A stretch of 64,000 nucleotides of DNA from Callorhinchus milii. Taxonomy: Eukaryota. The position numbers and the translations under genes are program-made. Location of the stretch: positions 125,428,001 to 125,492,000 of the forward strand of contig NW_024704742.1 of NCBI RefSeq assembly GCF_018977255.1, given 5' to 3'. The notes beneath the pieces were generated by a model that worked only from the letters and a program-made list of their open reading frames with translations, was not told the DNA's origin and did not search any database. Of the stretch, positions 11,601-24,824 are shown piece by piece; within the stretch, counting starts at the first letter, position 1; each line of letters starts with the position of its first letter.

Positions 11601-12699
11601 GTTGTTGTATATTATGTACTTTCTGTGTCTTACACAAGGTTCCTTCAGACACAATCCCCTTTCCTGGTTCACTGAAAACTGTGTTCCACTTCCTAGTCCC
11701 TTCACATGTGGAGTCCAGTAGCATTCTTCAATCCCACTTACCGTGGTCTATTCACCTTCTCCTTTCTCTATGGGTCCCTTATGTTACTACTATCCTCTGA
11801 GAGACTTCCCATTTGCTTGTTCTTTTGCTATACCTTGAGCTGTTGCACACATATGTTAAAGTTAAAGATGAATGATCACTTATGTAGGTTCAGTAATGAG
11901 CATAGTAATGTGTTTTGTTTGCTCAGTTCCTGCACGTTTTCATGTAGTGTTTTTAAAAAATCATGAATAAACACTTTATATATAAAATGCCTTCAGTTTC
12001 ACCCAAAATTAGATATTCATTTCACAGCACCAATTTGGGATGGCGGGTGGTTGATTGTACATTTTGCAGTACAAACAACAAGGCCATTTAAAATGCAGGA
12101 TTATTATAGGTGAAGCCAAACAATTATCAAATGGCTCATTAGAATCCACCCTGTGGTATGGAGCTTAAAGCTACTAGTGCTGAAGACAGTGAACCCAGCC
12201 AGACTAGTGCTGAACAATAGCAGAGCATATTGGGTTACCTAACCTCTTATCCCACTGGTATTATTGAGGAAGGTGTGCTGTTCCACAAAGGTAAACATGG
12301 TTCTTGTTTGCCTGAATGCAGGAATACAGATAAATGAAATGCAAGTTTTGGAATAAATCCAAATTCATCTATAAAAAAATTTACGTTTCATTTCGCCCCA
12401 GTCCCTGGTGTTTTGTCAATCACGCGCCAGTAGACTTGCATTTGTTTATCAAGGAATTTGTTTCAAACACTATTATGTGCAATTTTTAGTTTATGATATT
12501 AGCATTATGAGCAACAGGAATGTCACAAAAGTGAAGGACTTTCATTCAAAATTATCTCAGTGCAATTCTGCATTTACAGGATTACCGTCAGAGCTTTCAT
12601 TTACAGAGCAACTTGCATGTAAGAGAATGTCTTATAGCACTGAACCAAATGAGAAATAATTTGAAACAAAGTGATTGCTATGCAGGCAAATAACAATAA

Positions 12700-13077
12700 T
12701 AATTGTGATAATCCTTGCATTTGATATAGCGCCTTATCACGTCTTTGAGACATCTCAAAGCGCTTCACAGCATATACTGTAAAGTTAATTGACTGTATAT
12801 TTTATTTGTGGGCGAAACGCAGCAGCCAATTGCGCAGAGCAGTGTCCCACAAACAGTCACGGATTGAGTGACCAATTTATTATTTTATTTTTTTGAATCA
12901 ATTGTTACCCCTGGAAAAGTGATCCGCCAATCAACTAACAACTGGTTTCTACTTACTCCTAGGTAAACAGAGGCGTGTGGAGTAAAGAAACTTGTCCAAT
13001 GTTTCGCCCTGATGGGAATCGAACCCAGGTCTCTCGCTTGCGAGGCGAGTGCTCTAACTGCTAAGCTACAGGACTCC
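12700..13077 (-). mobile_element. Full SINE family A (long form with CORE-like segment)
   Basis: tRNA-like head ending GCTACAGGACTCC, segment CTAGGTAAACAGAGGCGTGTGGAGTAA, and L2-type tail. Confidence 0.92.
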
Positions 13078-14934
13078 AAAAGTGAAAGTTGGTTTGACCC
13101 AGCAACATTTCCACAACCATGAATAAGAGAAAACACATTTTTGGGGAGAGAATTTAAATGTGGAAGCGATATTGCTCAAGATAAAATGGAGAAACTCCCA
13201 CCGCTCTTTGAAATAGCAACGCAGTATTTTTTAACATGAACCTGAATCACAGGGCAGATGTGACCTCTGTTTAAAACAACAACTTGCATTTCTACAGCAC
13301 CCTTTACACAGGATAGCCTCTCAGATTGCTGCACAGTAACAGGGTTGGGCATCGAGAGAGGGAGGAAGGGGACGTGACCATAGGAGCGATTGAAGAGGTA
13401 AGCCTTAAAAATGTAATGATCCAATCAAAATACACACCAGAAAACTAAATATAAGAATTCTGCCTTTAACTAGATCATTTTCTGTTGGTACCATAAGGAA
13501 TTGTTGTATGTAAGAGAGAACGAGCTTAAATGGGTGTCTCTAGCACATGGGAGCTAGAATCAGAATGTGTCATCTTAAACAAAACAGAAATAATGCATAA
13601 ATATTACAGCTGGTGAATGAATGATGCACCTGGACATGGCAAAAATACCAGCTCTTGTGTTTGAGATGTTCTTAGTCACCCTTTGTTAAAGCATAATGTA
13701 TTCAATGTACCAACCTCAATGAAAAAATAAGAGTGTTTGCTTAATTGATTTATTGGCCAATAATACAACTAAGCTCAAAGCCTACTTATTGTTGATTTAT
13801 TACTGAAACAAGCTCAAGATTTAATGCCACAACAAACCTTTTTGTTCCAATAAAGCTCCAGGGCATGGTATTTCCCTTTACTTGAAAGTGAGGATTTGCT
13901 GCTCACCGTTTGTTTCCTGGAGCAAACACCTCACAAATTGATGTATCTGTCCTCTGAGATTTTCACGGAGGCATTACAGCTTTTTAAAATATTAATATGT
14001 GAGCACATTTAGCGGAAAGTAGCTACTCTGGAAGTCTCTTGTGGCTGCTATGCAGGTCACCAGAGACTGCCAGCCTCTCAAAAGCAAGTGATTTGGTCTA
14101 AGTGTGGCATTAAGATGAGCTTTTGGATTTTATGAAATGACCTTTTTACCGAGTCACATTTTCAGATGAAATTGCAATAATATGCGGTCGTTTTGCCTGC
14201 TTATTTTATTTTGAGTTTAGCTTGTGTTCCTGTTCCCCACAAAATGTCAACTGCACTGCAGCCAGCGATCATCTCTGAACACTGATTAGGTAGGACTGGA
14301 CGTCACATCTTGTTATAGCACTCTATAGCCGCAGGATCTCCTCTGAGATTCAGAAAGGACACGCACTGATTCTTTCCATGGTAAAAATGGAAGATGAAGT
14401 ACAACATGGGTAGTAAATCTTACTCAGAGGTCAGAATTTTTTCTTAACACAAGTCCAGACCAAGTTTCAAATTCCAGGGGAGACTGACCGAAGAAAGAAA
14501 AGACAAGTTGTGCATTTATTACACAAACAGCTTTTCAAAGCAAGAGCGCTAATATATTACAATGAGGGATAGAAATATGCCTAATGGTTTCAAAACACAG
14601 ATCAACATTGCAATCTAAACCTGAGGGCATGTGTTTGGAAAGCTTTATGTGACTAATCACATCCATTATTTGTTTAGTTTCAGTTTCTCAGTCAGCAACC
14701 TGCAGAGGAAGCAGCAGGAGAAGTCTCAGTACGTATGGTCTCTCTATGATCATCTGTTCATTTGCAACTAATATGTTTATCTCTTTTTACATGGAATAGA
14801 AACACTAGGGATGACGTCATTCTTTCTGCTACAGCACATTTTATCCCATGTTTTCTTTCTTCCTTCCTTCCTCCCTGCCTTAATTCATTTTTTCTAAAAA
14901 AAAGCTGAATTTGCATTATGGCTCAGAGCTCTTT

Positions 14935-15259
14935 GATAGAAATGAGAACAAATATTGTTTTAACTGATTCCATAGAGAGAAATAAATTAATTGTGGTGCC
15001 CATGCTCTTCAGACACAAATGGACAATAATCACCAGAAGGACAAGAGGGGATGTTAGAAAGTTGATTTCACATTGGGCGTTGTTAGAGTGTGGAATGGCT
15101 TACCACAAGTCACTATTGCAGTGAAGTTCATTACAACATTTAAAAGGGTATGAGTCAGATACCTGAAGAAATCTAATTATAAAAGGGTATGGGGAAATAA
15201 GAGAGAAATGGGATTAAAATAGATAACTCCAGTGGCAAACTCACACCAGCAGAGACATG

Positions 15260-15356
<97 letters not shown>

Positions 15357-15390
15357 TGATGGGCTGTATGGACACCTTCTGTGCGATAAA
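14935..15390 (+). mobile_element. CR1 LINE 3' end interrupted by (AAT)n
   Basis: GTTGTTAGAGTGTGGAATGGCTTACCA (VVRVWNGLP); 3' UTR motif ACATGA/TGGGCTGTATGG...CTTCTGTGC is split by the microsatellite. Confidence 0.65.
15259..15360. repeat. (AAT)n microsatellite, about 100 bp
   Basis: Directly visible. Confidence 0.98.
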
Positions 15391-15461
15391 CTTTCTATTT
15401 TCTATGGTGTAACCCTGCACTGGTGAACAGTCTTTTCAACATTGGTCAATGTGGCAAATAG

Positions 15462-15800
15462 ATTTTTTTTGGTCAGCTGGGTGTCTAGATGGAAACCCAC
15501 CACCGTGCTTAAGAGTATATCCAAATCAGACTGAGTGTTCCACATATGCATGCTATCTACGAATGGAAATTTCCCTGTGTCTGGAAAGGAATTTGCACTC
15601 TCTCCTGGAGGGATGCACCCTATTTATTTAACTCTGGAGAGTATTAAGTTGGCAAGAGTCAATGTTTGGGGACCCCAGCGTGTGCTTTGGGGTACTGCTG
15701 GAATCTAACCAGCTAAAACTAATAGCTTGCCAGTGAGATCACTGCCTAGGAAGCTTCCTGCTGCTTGTTCAGGTGGGACCATCCTACCTATAATGGGTTT
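15462..15800 (-). repeat. Family X dispersed repeat
   Basis: CTAACCAGCTAAAAC at 15705-15719 and colinear similarity to the reverse complement of 6805-7125. Confidence 0.75.
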
Positions 15801-17469
15801 GCTATACAGGGTTGACAAGTAATTGTAGTTTTTAAAAAAAAGCTAGATTGTACAGCGAGATCTTATAGTCGCCTTTCTTCCCTAGGCCTTTGTTATAATT
15901 GAATCCAGATTGATAGGATAAATCCAGGATACATTTCAGCTACAAAACATTAAAAAATTCCACTTTACAGTAGACCCTGTGAAATACTTTGAAATATCCT
16001 CCCAACATGAAAGGCGCTATATCAAATGTAAGGATTATTAATTATTATCAAAAGTAAAATAAGCTTGAGCGTGAGCCTCATGACATAAAATTGTTCCCAC
16101 CCTAACTCTTTAATAACATTAAAAACATAACAGATATTTGGCCCTAATGATCGTGCCTCAGCGCAAATGCTCAGTTGCAACAACAATTTGCATTTATATA
16201 GTGCCCCTCACGCAGGGTAGTGTCCCAGAGTGTTTAATATCAACAAATTCTTCAGCTCCCGGAAAGGGATTTTGAAGCAGGAAAAGCACAGGCTGTTTCC
16301 CATTCCGAATCCCTTCACTCCTGGAAGTGATCACTTACAGCAGCATAAATGGAGCACGGCTGCATTACTGCCTGACCTAGGAGTGCTCGAAGCTTGACAC
16401 TGGGTGCCTGAAATGGGAAAGTGCTCCATTTCCCGGCACTAATATCCCCCACTTTGCTGAGCACAAAAATCCACAAGAGCAAAGCTGTGAAGAAGGCTTT
16501 CCCTCCTCATGCCGACTCCTGCTGAAATGTTTTAAACTGAAGCTGCTCACTAACGTGTCTGCCCACTGCCTCCGCTTTAGCCTTCCCCAATCAAGTACCC
16601 TCAGCAGTAGAATGCTAAATCTGTCAGTGGACTTCACTGCTCTTTCCTCGTGCTGTTCTTTGAGTCACCAAATAGCACTCCCACACCCATTACATAGGCC
16701 AGCACTCCTCAACATGACCATGTTCATTGCTTCATTTCTCACCATTGTCACTCCTCCCATAGTCTGCTGGAGCTTTCTCTACTCATCTCACCAGGTCATG
16801 GTATTACTCTCTCAGTCCCTCGCTCGGTCTGTTCTTCCCTATCTCTGATTACACCCTGCCCAGCCATGCTATTGTGACCTAATGAGTACACGACCTGATA
16901 AAGGGAGCCGAGAGGGGTGGGGAGAGGAAAGATGACCTAAAGAACAAAGAGAGGGAGGAAACAAGTTGGAGAGACTCTGTGAAAGAGTTACAGAGAACGG
17001 GGATATAAAAACAGTCACTGCACTTTACAATGTATCCTGTGAAGCGCTTTGGGACAGCCTCTTAATGTGAAGGGTGCTTTACCAATTATAAGTATTATTA
17101 TTATTACTTTATTGAAATATCTCAAAGGGCATCACATGATTTATTTTTGAATAGTGCCGTGGGATCTTTAATGTCCATTTGAACAGTCCATCTGAAAGAC
17201 AGCAGCTCTGACAATGCAGCACCTCCCCAGCATTACACTGGACTAACAGCCTAGATGTAAGTAACTGCAGCAGATTAGCCCTCTGTGTATGCATGTGTCT
17301 GTATACCTGTAAACAAACAGAGTGATATATGTAGTGGGTAAATTATCACATAATGCATAATATATAAAATATATAATGGTTTTTCACACCAATAGCTCAT
17401 TGACAGATTGTTCTCTGAAGCCTATCATGATGCACCTCAGCATGTAAGAGACAAAAGATTATGTTTAAT

Positions 17470-17655
17470 AAATAATAATAATAATAATAATAACAATCCT
17501 TACATTTGGTATAGAGCCTTTCACATCAGAGAAAATCCCAAAGCACTTCACAAGATATGCTGTAAAGTGCGGTGAATGTGTTTTGTGGGCTAACTGAGCA
17601 GTCAATGTGCACATACAATGTCCCACAAACAGCTGTGAAGTGAATTACCAGTGTT
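17470..17655 (-). mobile_element. SINE 3' part
   Basis: (AAT)n then CCTTACATTTGGTATAG...CAAAGCACTTCACA...TGTCCCACAAACAGC. Confidence 0.8.
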
Positions 17656-18724
17656 ATTTTTTAATTCCCTGATATCAGGTATCAAGGAGCCAAAGGAGAG
17701 AGAAGGTTACATCCATCTGTAAAATAGGGATCTGACTCACAGATCCAAAGAACAGCAACAAAAGTGAAGTGTTTTCCACTTTGGTTCCTATAAATGCTCT
17801 AGTGTGATGCGGGGGAGACTCTGTTTTAAAAGGATGACAGCGAACAGATATACTTTCTGTTCTTCTTTAACTGTCCTGGTGGATGTTAAAGATCCTTTAG
17901 CATTTTCAGAATTAGACCTAATAAGGCTGGTGCTCATTTTGTCCTTGAGCAGTCATTAAAGGCAGATAATAGAATTTCACTATTTCTGAGTAAAACAATG
18001 CTATAATGGATCATTCCCTGTCGCTAGGTTGATGATGGTATCCCTTCAGCCGTTCTCTCCTCTTTCACTGTAGGCCTTAGCAGGACACATGACAATTATC
18101 GGCGTGAAAGTGCTGGTAGTGTGAACTTCTTTGTTTTGTGATAGCTACAAATTAAACTGCTACTGAGGGAGAAAGGTTACAGGTTACCAACATGCTATTC
18201 AGAGGCAGGGAAAAGATGGACAAAGGAAGATGAACACAAAAGAAAAGCTCAATGGAAATACAGAGATGGGGAACAAAATCACAGACATAACATATTATCT
18301 GAAAGCAAGAAAGGAAAAAGGAAATTAACAGGATCGTAGAAAAGACAGGGAAACGCCAGAAGAATATATATAAAAAATATGAAAACAAATTAATAGTAAA
18401 ACAAAAGGAAAAAGAAGATCAAAATAGAAATGAAAGGAATGTGTAATTTTATTTACAAAAGAAATTCTTCCTTGAACTTGGCTAGTCATTAGAAACAGAA
18501 ACAGAATTGGACAGAAGGGAACAAACCCAGGTATATAACAGTGCTGCATTAAGCATATGACTTTGCTATAGTTCCTCTTACTGCTTTTGAGTGAGAAAAG
18601 CAGAGCTCACAAATGTAGACTCAAATGGATAGACATTTTTCCATGCTTACTTGGGTGAAATTTCCAATGATAGAAATCAGAAGAGGGGATTTAAAAATCT
18701 AAAATGTGGCACAATACAGTCTTT

Positions 18725-20502
18725 CTCCATCGCTGCCCCCATCTCCTCACTGAGCCTCACCAGCCCAGCGGGCTAACATTGGCTCGCTGAACACTCCTGT
18801 CCACTCTGAATCTCAGCGTGCGCACATTGGCTGCCGCAATTCACCCGAGCCCATCCCCCCCTATACTCCTTCGACCCTATCTCTTCCTTCTCCCTCACCA
18901 CGACTGTCCACAAACTCAAACCCACCACCTGCTCCCTCAATCCCATCCCCATCTCTCACCTCGTCTCCCAGCTCCACCTTCTGGGCCCCCCTCCTGTCCG
19001 ATGTCATCAACCTCTCCCTGTCCACCAGTTCAGTTCCCACCTGCCTAAAAAGGATGTCATCACTCCCATCCTGAAAAAAACCTTCCCTGGATCCATCCCT
19101 CCTCTACAGCTACCGCCCCATCTCTAACCTTCCATTCCTCTCCAAGGTCCTAGAATGAGTTGTCGCGTCCCAGCTCCGTTCCTTTCTCTCTCGCCATTCC
19201 CTCTTTGAACTCCTCCAATCCGGCTTCCGCACTGCCCACAGCACGGAAACAGCCCTGGTCAAAGTCACTGATGACATTCTGAACATCTGTGATGAGGGCT
19301 CCCTCTGCCTCCTTGTCCTCCTCGACCTCTCTGCCGCCTTCGACACTATCGACCACTCCATCCTCATACACCGCCTCTCCGCTTTATACAATCTTCACGG
19401 ATCTGCCCTTGCCTGGTTCAATTCCTATCTCTCTCACTGTCTCCACTTCGTTGCCGCTAACGGTTTCTCCTCCAGCCCCCACATTGTCACGTCTGGTGTC
19501 CCCCAGGGCTCTGTCCTTGGCCCTCTCCTCTTTAATATCTACATGCTCCCCCTTGGTGACATCATCTGCAGACATAGGGTCAACTTCCATATGTATGCGG
19601 ATGACACCCAACTCTATCTTTCTGCCTCCACCCTCAACTCCAGGACCACTGCTGTCCTGACAGACTGCCTGTCGGACATCAAGTCCTGGATGAGGGTAAA
19701 TTTCTTACAGTTGAATGTGAACAAGACTGAGGCCCTCCTGATTGGCTCGCGCCAATGCCTCAGCACCTCAGGCTCTGGCAACATCAGCCTCCATGTTGCA
19801 CACTACAACTCACCAAGCCAGTCAGGAACCTAGGTGTCTTGTTCGACCCTCAACTGTCTTTTCTCCCCCACATTCAAGCCATGACCCACTCTGCCTTCCC
19901 TCATCTCCGTAACTTCACCGGACTCCGCCACTACCTCACCCCTGAAACTCTTGTTCATGCCTTCATCACCTCCAGGCTCGACTATGCAAACGCCCTACTT
20001 GTCGGCCTTCCCAACTCCTCCCTCCACAGGCTGCAGATAATCCAGAACTCTGCAGCCCATGTCCTCTCCCGCACCAAACTCCATGACCCCATCTCCCCCA
20101 CTCTCGCCCGATTCTACTGTCTCCCTATCCTTCAGAGGATCCAGTTCAAGATCCTGTTCCTCACATATAAAGCCCTCCATGGCCTTGCCCCACCTTACCT
20201 CTGCGACCTCCTAACCCCCTACCAACCCGCCCGTTCCCTCTGTTCAGCCGGCTCTGCCCTGTTCCACGTCCCCCAACCTACTCGCCCCCCTTTGAAATTC
20301 CATCCCCCAGTCACTCCGCCTCACCCCCTCCTTAGCCTCCTTCAAGTCCTGCCTCAAGACCCTCCTCTTCGACCATGCCATCGGCCACCCCGCTTCCCCT
20401 CCCCTCCTTTCCCCCCACAACCCCAGCTCGGGTCTGTCCAGTGCTTTGGGACGTCCTCCTGACGTGAAAGGCACTATACAAATATAATCTTGTTGTTGTT
20501 GT
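18725..20502 (+). mobile_element. L2-clade LINE, 5'-truncated, with a disrupted reverse-transcriptase region and 3' tail
   Basis: Translations YRPISNLPFLSKVLE*, QSGFRTAHSTETAL, DLSAAFDTIDH, GVPQGSVLGPLLF, FHMYADDTQLY, SRLDYANALL; stop codon and frameshifts; tail GCTTTGGGACGTCC...(TTG)n. Confidence 0.95.
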
Positions 20503-20761
20503 TCTTAAACCCCATCTGGCTGACTTGCATTACTTTTGGAGATAATTCAAAAGGAATTGCAAGATTCCTTTTAGCCATTGTCATTGTCACTGATTCTACA
20601 CAGTAGTTATTTATCAAACTTGCTGCTTTACATGTGTATGTTGACTTTGTCACAGTGCAGAATATCAAACCAGTTACAAACACCAAATATGCAGTGTAGC
20701 TGGAGAGTAAGAGAGAGCACAGAGAGAGCACAGCATTCAGGTAGAAATAGTTTAAAATAGT

Positions 20762-21072
20762 ATAATAATAATCCTTACATTTGATGTATTGCCTGTATCA
20801 AGTTGGTGAGATGTCTTAAAGCACTTCACAGAGTGTGCTGTAAAGTGAATTGACTGTTTTTCATTATTATTATTACTTTTTTTGAAGGAATTATTAGCCC
20901 CGGAAAAGCAATCCGCCAATCGACTAACAACCGGGTTCCTACTTCTATTACATAAACAAAGGCATGTAGAGCAAGGAAACGTGCCTAAGGTTTCATCCTG
21001 CCAGGAATCGAACCCAGGTTGTCTCGTTTGCAAGGCGTGTGCTCTATCCAATACAATACAGAACACTACAGG
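20762..21072 (-). mobile_element. SINE family A, internally deleted
   Basis: Head GGAATCGAACCCAGG...TTGCAAGGCG, CORE-like segment and tail. Confidence 0.85.
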
Positions 21073-21289
21073 TTAAGAACATGTATCTCTTTTATTTTTG
21101 TGACTCACATTTCCCCTCTATTGACAATCTGGATGATTTTGTCTATTCCACTATTCCATTCTGTTCTGCTGTTGTTACTAATAACAAATATCTCTAACAC
21201 ATCTGTCAATCTTCCCTTCTTTGGATTCAAATAAAGAAAAATGTGATACTTCATAATTCTCATAATAGATTTGATGTGATCATCGTCAC

Positions 21290-21560
21290 ATTGTTCCTTG
21301 TCATGCCCGTGTTGGTTCTATGAAAAATGTTTCCATTGCGCCCCATTCTCCTGCCTTTCCCCAAATCGTGGTGAGATATTTATCTAATTCCCTCTTAAAG
21401 GCTAATAGGGATTCTGCCTGAAACTTTGTTTTATATACAACATTCCACATCCTAACAACCTCCTTACCCTTTGTGTAAAAATATGTCTCCTAATCTCTTC
21501 CTCTGCTTTATTGGCAATTGTCTTGAATCTGCGCCCTCTAGTTACCAACTCACGGACCAG
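21290..21560 (-). mobile_element. CR1 3' end remnant
   Basis: CCCCATTCTCCTGCCTTTCCCC...TTATCTAATTCCCTCTTAAAG...CATTCCACATCCTAACAAC. Confidence 0.6.
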
Positions 21561-21746
21561 TGGAATTTATGTCTCTCTGTTTATGTTGTCAAAGTACTTG
21601 GCCAGAAAGGCTGCCCATGGGTTATAGGATATGACAAGGCTTTAACATGGATATGATGTTGATGTAGTTTAGTGCAATTTATTACATTTTCTTCTGTTTG
21701 TGGGCAAATGAAAGGTCTGTCAGATAGTTTTTCATGTCCATTGAAG

Positions 21747-21928
21747 TAATAATAATAATCCTTGAATTTGATATAGCACTTTTCACATCTTCTAGACATT
21801 CAAAGTGCTTCACAGAATATACTGTAAAGTGAATTGACTACATTTTTGTGGGCGAAATGTGGCAGCCAATTGCGCACAGCAGTGTCTCACAAACAGTCAT
21901 GGATTGAAGTGAGCAAATTATTATTATT
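21747..21928 (-). mobile_element. SINE family A 3' part
   Basis: Tail plus body GGCAGCCAATTGCGCACAGCAGTG. Confidence 0.88.
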
Positions 21929-22479
21929 TGTACAGACCACCATAAGTCATGTTATCAATGTAATATTGACCTCATGCTGAAAGACATTTGGATCCCGCTT
22001 TCTTGTTGTCCAGCACCTTTCCTGACTGTCCAGTGCCTTAGCATGTCCTCCCGACATAAAAGACAATATATAAATATCATTTGTTATTATTTTTGTTGCT
22101 GTTTGAAGCTCTGAATTAAAATATAAAATAATTGTATCAAATGAGCAAACAGTTTTCATTTAACCCCAATAATAAATGCATTTAGAACTAGTTTAAAAAA
22201 AGAAAGAAGTGAAATTGAATGTGGAATTTGTTAATTTTCAGCAGTGATAATTATCACCTCAACAAATTATCACCACAAAGTGATTCACACAGCTGACCTG
22301 GGAGCTTGACTCCAGGATGGAGTTCGAGAGAGCAGAGTCTAGTGGCTGAATGCTCACCCAACAATGGTGAGGGGGAATCAGACAGAGGACATGAAGCAGT
22401 CCAGAGTTAGCTGAGGGGATGGAGCAACCAGGGCAGTAGGGTTTCAGGATCTCGATGATAAATGTGGGCAAACAAATTG

Positions 22480-23000
22480 AAGGAAGACTTACTAGAGGTG
22501 TAAATGAAATAAGGCAATGGGCTAAAGAATGTCAGCAAGATTTTAAAGTAATATGAATGAATGAATACTGGAACAGGAAACAGTAAATGTGTACAAACTG
22601 AAGAGAAGGGTCCATTAGGAAAGGATGGATAGGAAAAAATATTTAGGTGTTATTGATCATTCACTGAAAGGTTAATGTGCAGCTGTTGTCAACATTTCAA
22701 CCAATATTAGGATGCATCACAATGGCATTTGACTATAAATCAATACAAGTTATGCCCATTCGGACAGATCATTGGTGGTGTCACACTTAGAACACTTTGC
22801 TCAGAAGGACCTTGTTGTATAAGAGATACTTCAGTGAAGATCAGCAACAATGATTCTAGGAATTAAGGTAAATTATGAGGCGAAACATAAGGAGCTCAAT
22901 TTATTTTAGCTTGAAAAATTGATATGGGGGACAGGAGCTAAATGTTTTACAATGTTGAGAGGTGTAAATGATACAGGTGTAAAAAGGCTGTTTGACTTGA
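22480..23000 (+). mobile_element. Highly degraded CR1 ORF2 remnant
   Basis: ATATTAGGATGCATC (ILGCI), CACTTAGAACAC (HLEH), AATTATGAGG...AAGGAGCTCAATTTATTTT. Confidence 0.5.
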
Positions 23001-23325
23001 ACCATCATTTTAGATTCTAGAACTAAAGACAGATACAGAACTAACAGACCTCAGTAAGTCAGGGATTTGCTTTTCCACCAAAGTTATGGATTTTCAGATT
23101 TCAAGTGTCAGGTTGGCTCAGTTGGACACACTCTCAGCTTGAGTCAGAAGGTTGCGAATCGGAATCTTGGTAGTTCATTTCCTAATCCAGGCAAGTTCAC
23201 CAGAACTCCAAGTCGCTGGTGATGATGGTCAGTTAGTCTGACTTATCAACAGGACTTGGAGGAGCAGACTTATCTCTGGGGGCTGGAATTCTTCCCATTC
23301 AGCTTCTGTTAACTTTGCATGGCAA

Positions 23326-23482
23326 AGCCCTAAAAGGTAGGGTGGTCCTAGCTGGACAAGCAGTGGGAATGCACACTCTGGGATCCCAAACCCTTGACTC
23401 TTGCTAACCTGCGTCTAATATGAAGAATTAGGTGAGCAGGGTGTAGTGGTTAATCCTGGGAGAGATGTGCAATCCAAACCAT
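23326..23482 (+). repeat. Family X repeat, internally deleted
   Basis: GCTGGACAAGCAGTGGGAA...CACACTCTGGGATCCCAAACCCTTGACTCTTGCTAACCTG. Confidence 0.65.
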
Positions 23483-23994
23483 AGAGTTTGGTTTGCTACA
23501 TTTAAATATGGTGATAGGTTTTACATGCACCAACCAAAAATAGTTGCAAGTTGTATATCTGTTTTATACCACAGGGTATAGTGGAAATGACAAATAATGT
23601 TAGCAATAGATCCTGAGAGAAATGAACTGAAGATTGAATATGGGGTGTGCTGGTAATCCATGTGAAGACAGGCACAATGTTGTAATAAAAATGATTTCCC
23701 CTACAAAGAAATGAAATATTAGGGAAAGTTTCCAGTTGACAGCAGAACACATATTGTCATTAATTTCATGACAGGTAGGACATAATTAAATTTTACAGCA
23801 GAATATTTCAGTTCAGGCGAGTTGGTTAAGGTCACTAATCCATTCAGAGTAATTTATTTCTCTGCAAATGAACATGCATTTAACTGAACCCTATATCTAC
23901 TTCAGAAAGTTAATATTTCTTCTATAGCTGTCAAAATTGGTCGTACTCTGCAACTAAAGAGAGTTCAGTCAGTATTTATCAAGGTGTCAAGAAT

Positions 23995-24310
23995 AAAATA
24001 ATCTTTGCCTTTGATATTGTCTCTATAATGTTGAGAACATCTCAAAGCGCTTCACAAAGTTTTCTGTTAAGTGTAGTGACTGTGTATTTACAGGTGACTG
24101 TGGCAGTCAATTTCCACACAGCAATGTGCCACAAACAGCCATAAAGTGAATGACCAATTTTATCTAGGGTGCTGGTGGCCAGGAAACAGGAAGAATCTCC
24201 CTTCTCTTTTCAAAGAATGCCCTGGGACCTTTAACATCCACCTGAACAGAGAGACCGAACCTTGATTTAAAGTATTATCAGCCAAGACTGTGAGCTCGAA
24301 GTCCTGACGT
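23995..24310 (-). mobile_element. SINE family B
   Basis: Tail and body GAATGACCAATTTTAT...CTTTAACATCCACCTGAACAG. Confidence 0.8.
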
Positions 24311-24334
24311 GGAGCCTGAATCAATGTAGACACA

Positions 24335-24606
24335 GGTCTCCTCCTTGTCCCCTGAACCCTCTGCCCTACTATCAGCGGCTGTGCTTTCAGCCACTGCGCC
24401 CTGAAGCTGTGGAACTCTCTCCCTCAATCCCTTTACCTTGCCCCCTCTCTCCCCATTTTCAGGTTGTGCTTGAAGATCTTCCTTTTCGATTGTGCCTATG
24501 ATCACCTTCCCCATCCCCTGGCTCGGCATCGTGCTCTGCTACTGTTAAGCTCTTCAAAATGCTGTCCGGCCTGAAGGGCCCTATACAAATGCAAGTTGTT
24601 GTTGTT
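24335..24606 (+). mobile_element. L2 3' end fragment
   Basis: GCTTTCAGCCAC...TGGAACTCTCTCCCTCAATCC...CCTATACAAATGCAAG(TTG)n. Confidence 0.8.
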
Positions 24607-24824
24607 GGATGCCGCAACATTGCACTTTTTCACTTTTTTAAATTTCTCTAAAATTACTGTACTCTTAATGTTATGTGTTAGAAAACCATTTAATGTGGTG
24701 CAATAACAAATAATAATAATAATAATAATCCTTGCATTTGATATAGTGCCTTATGACGTAATTGAGACATCTCAAAGCATTTCACAGAAATTATTGTAAA
24801 GTGGATTAACTGTGTATTTCCACC

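Noticed and set aside
14683..14727. Possible plus-strand 45-nt exon (FSVSNLQRKQQEKS)
   Set aside because: Weak donor context, unrecognised peptide and no supporting neighbouring exons.
15232..15426. Poly-Asn ORF
   Set aside because: Translation of the (AAT)n microsatellite.
18200..18540. Purine-rich stretch giving hydrophobic minus-strand ORFs (similar at 5033-5420 and 46220-46444)
   Set aside because: Low-complexity strand bias rather than membrane proteins.
19110..20462. Reverse-transcriptase ORFs as a functional gene or novel RT system
   Set aside because: Ordinary L2 ORF2 with a stop codon, frameshifts and 5' truncation.
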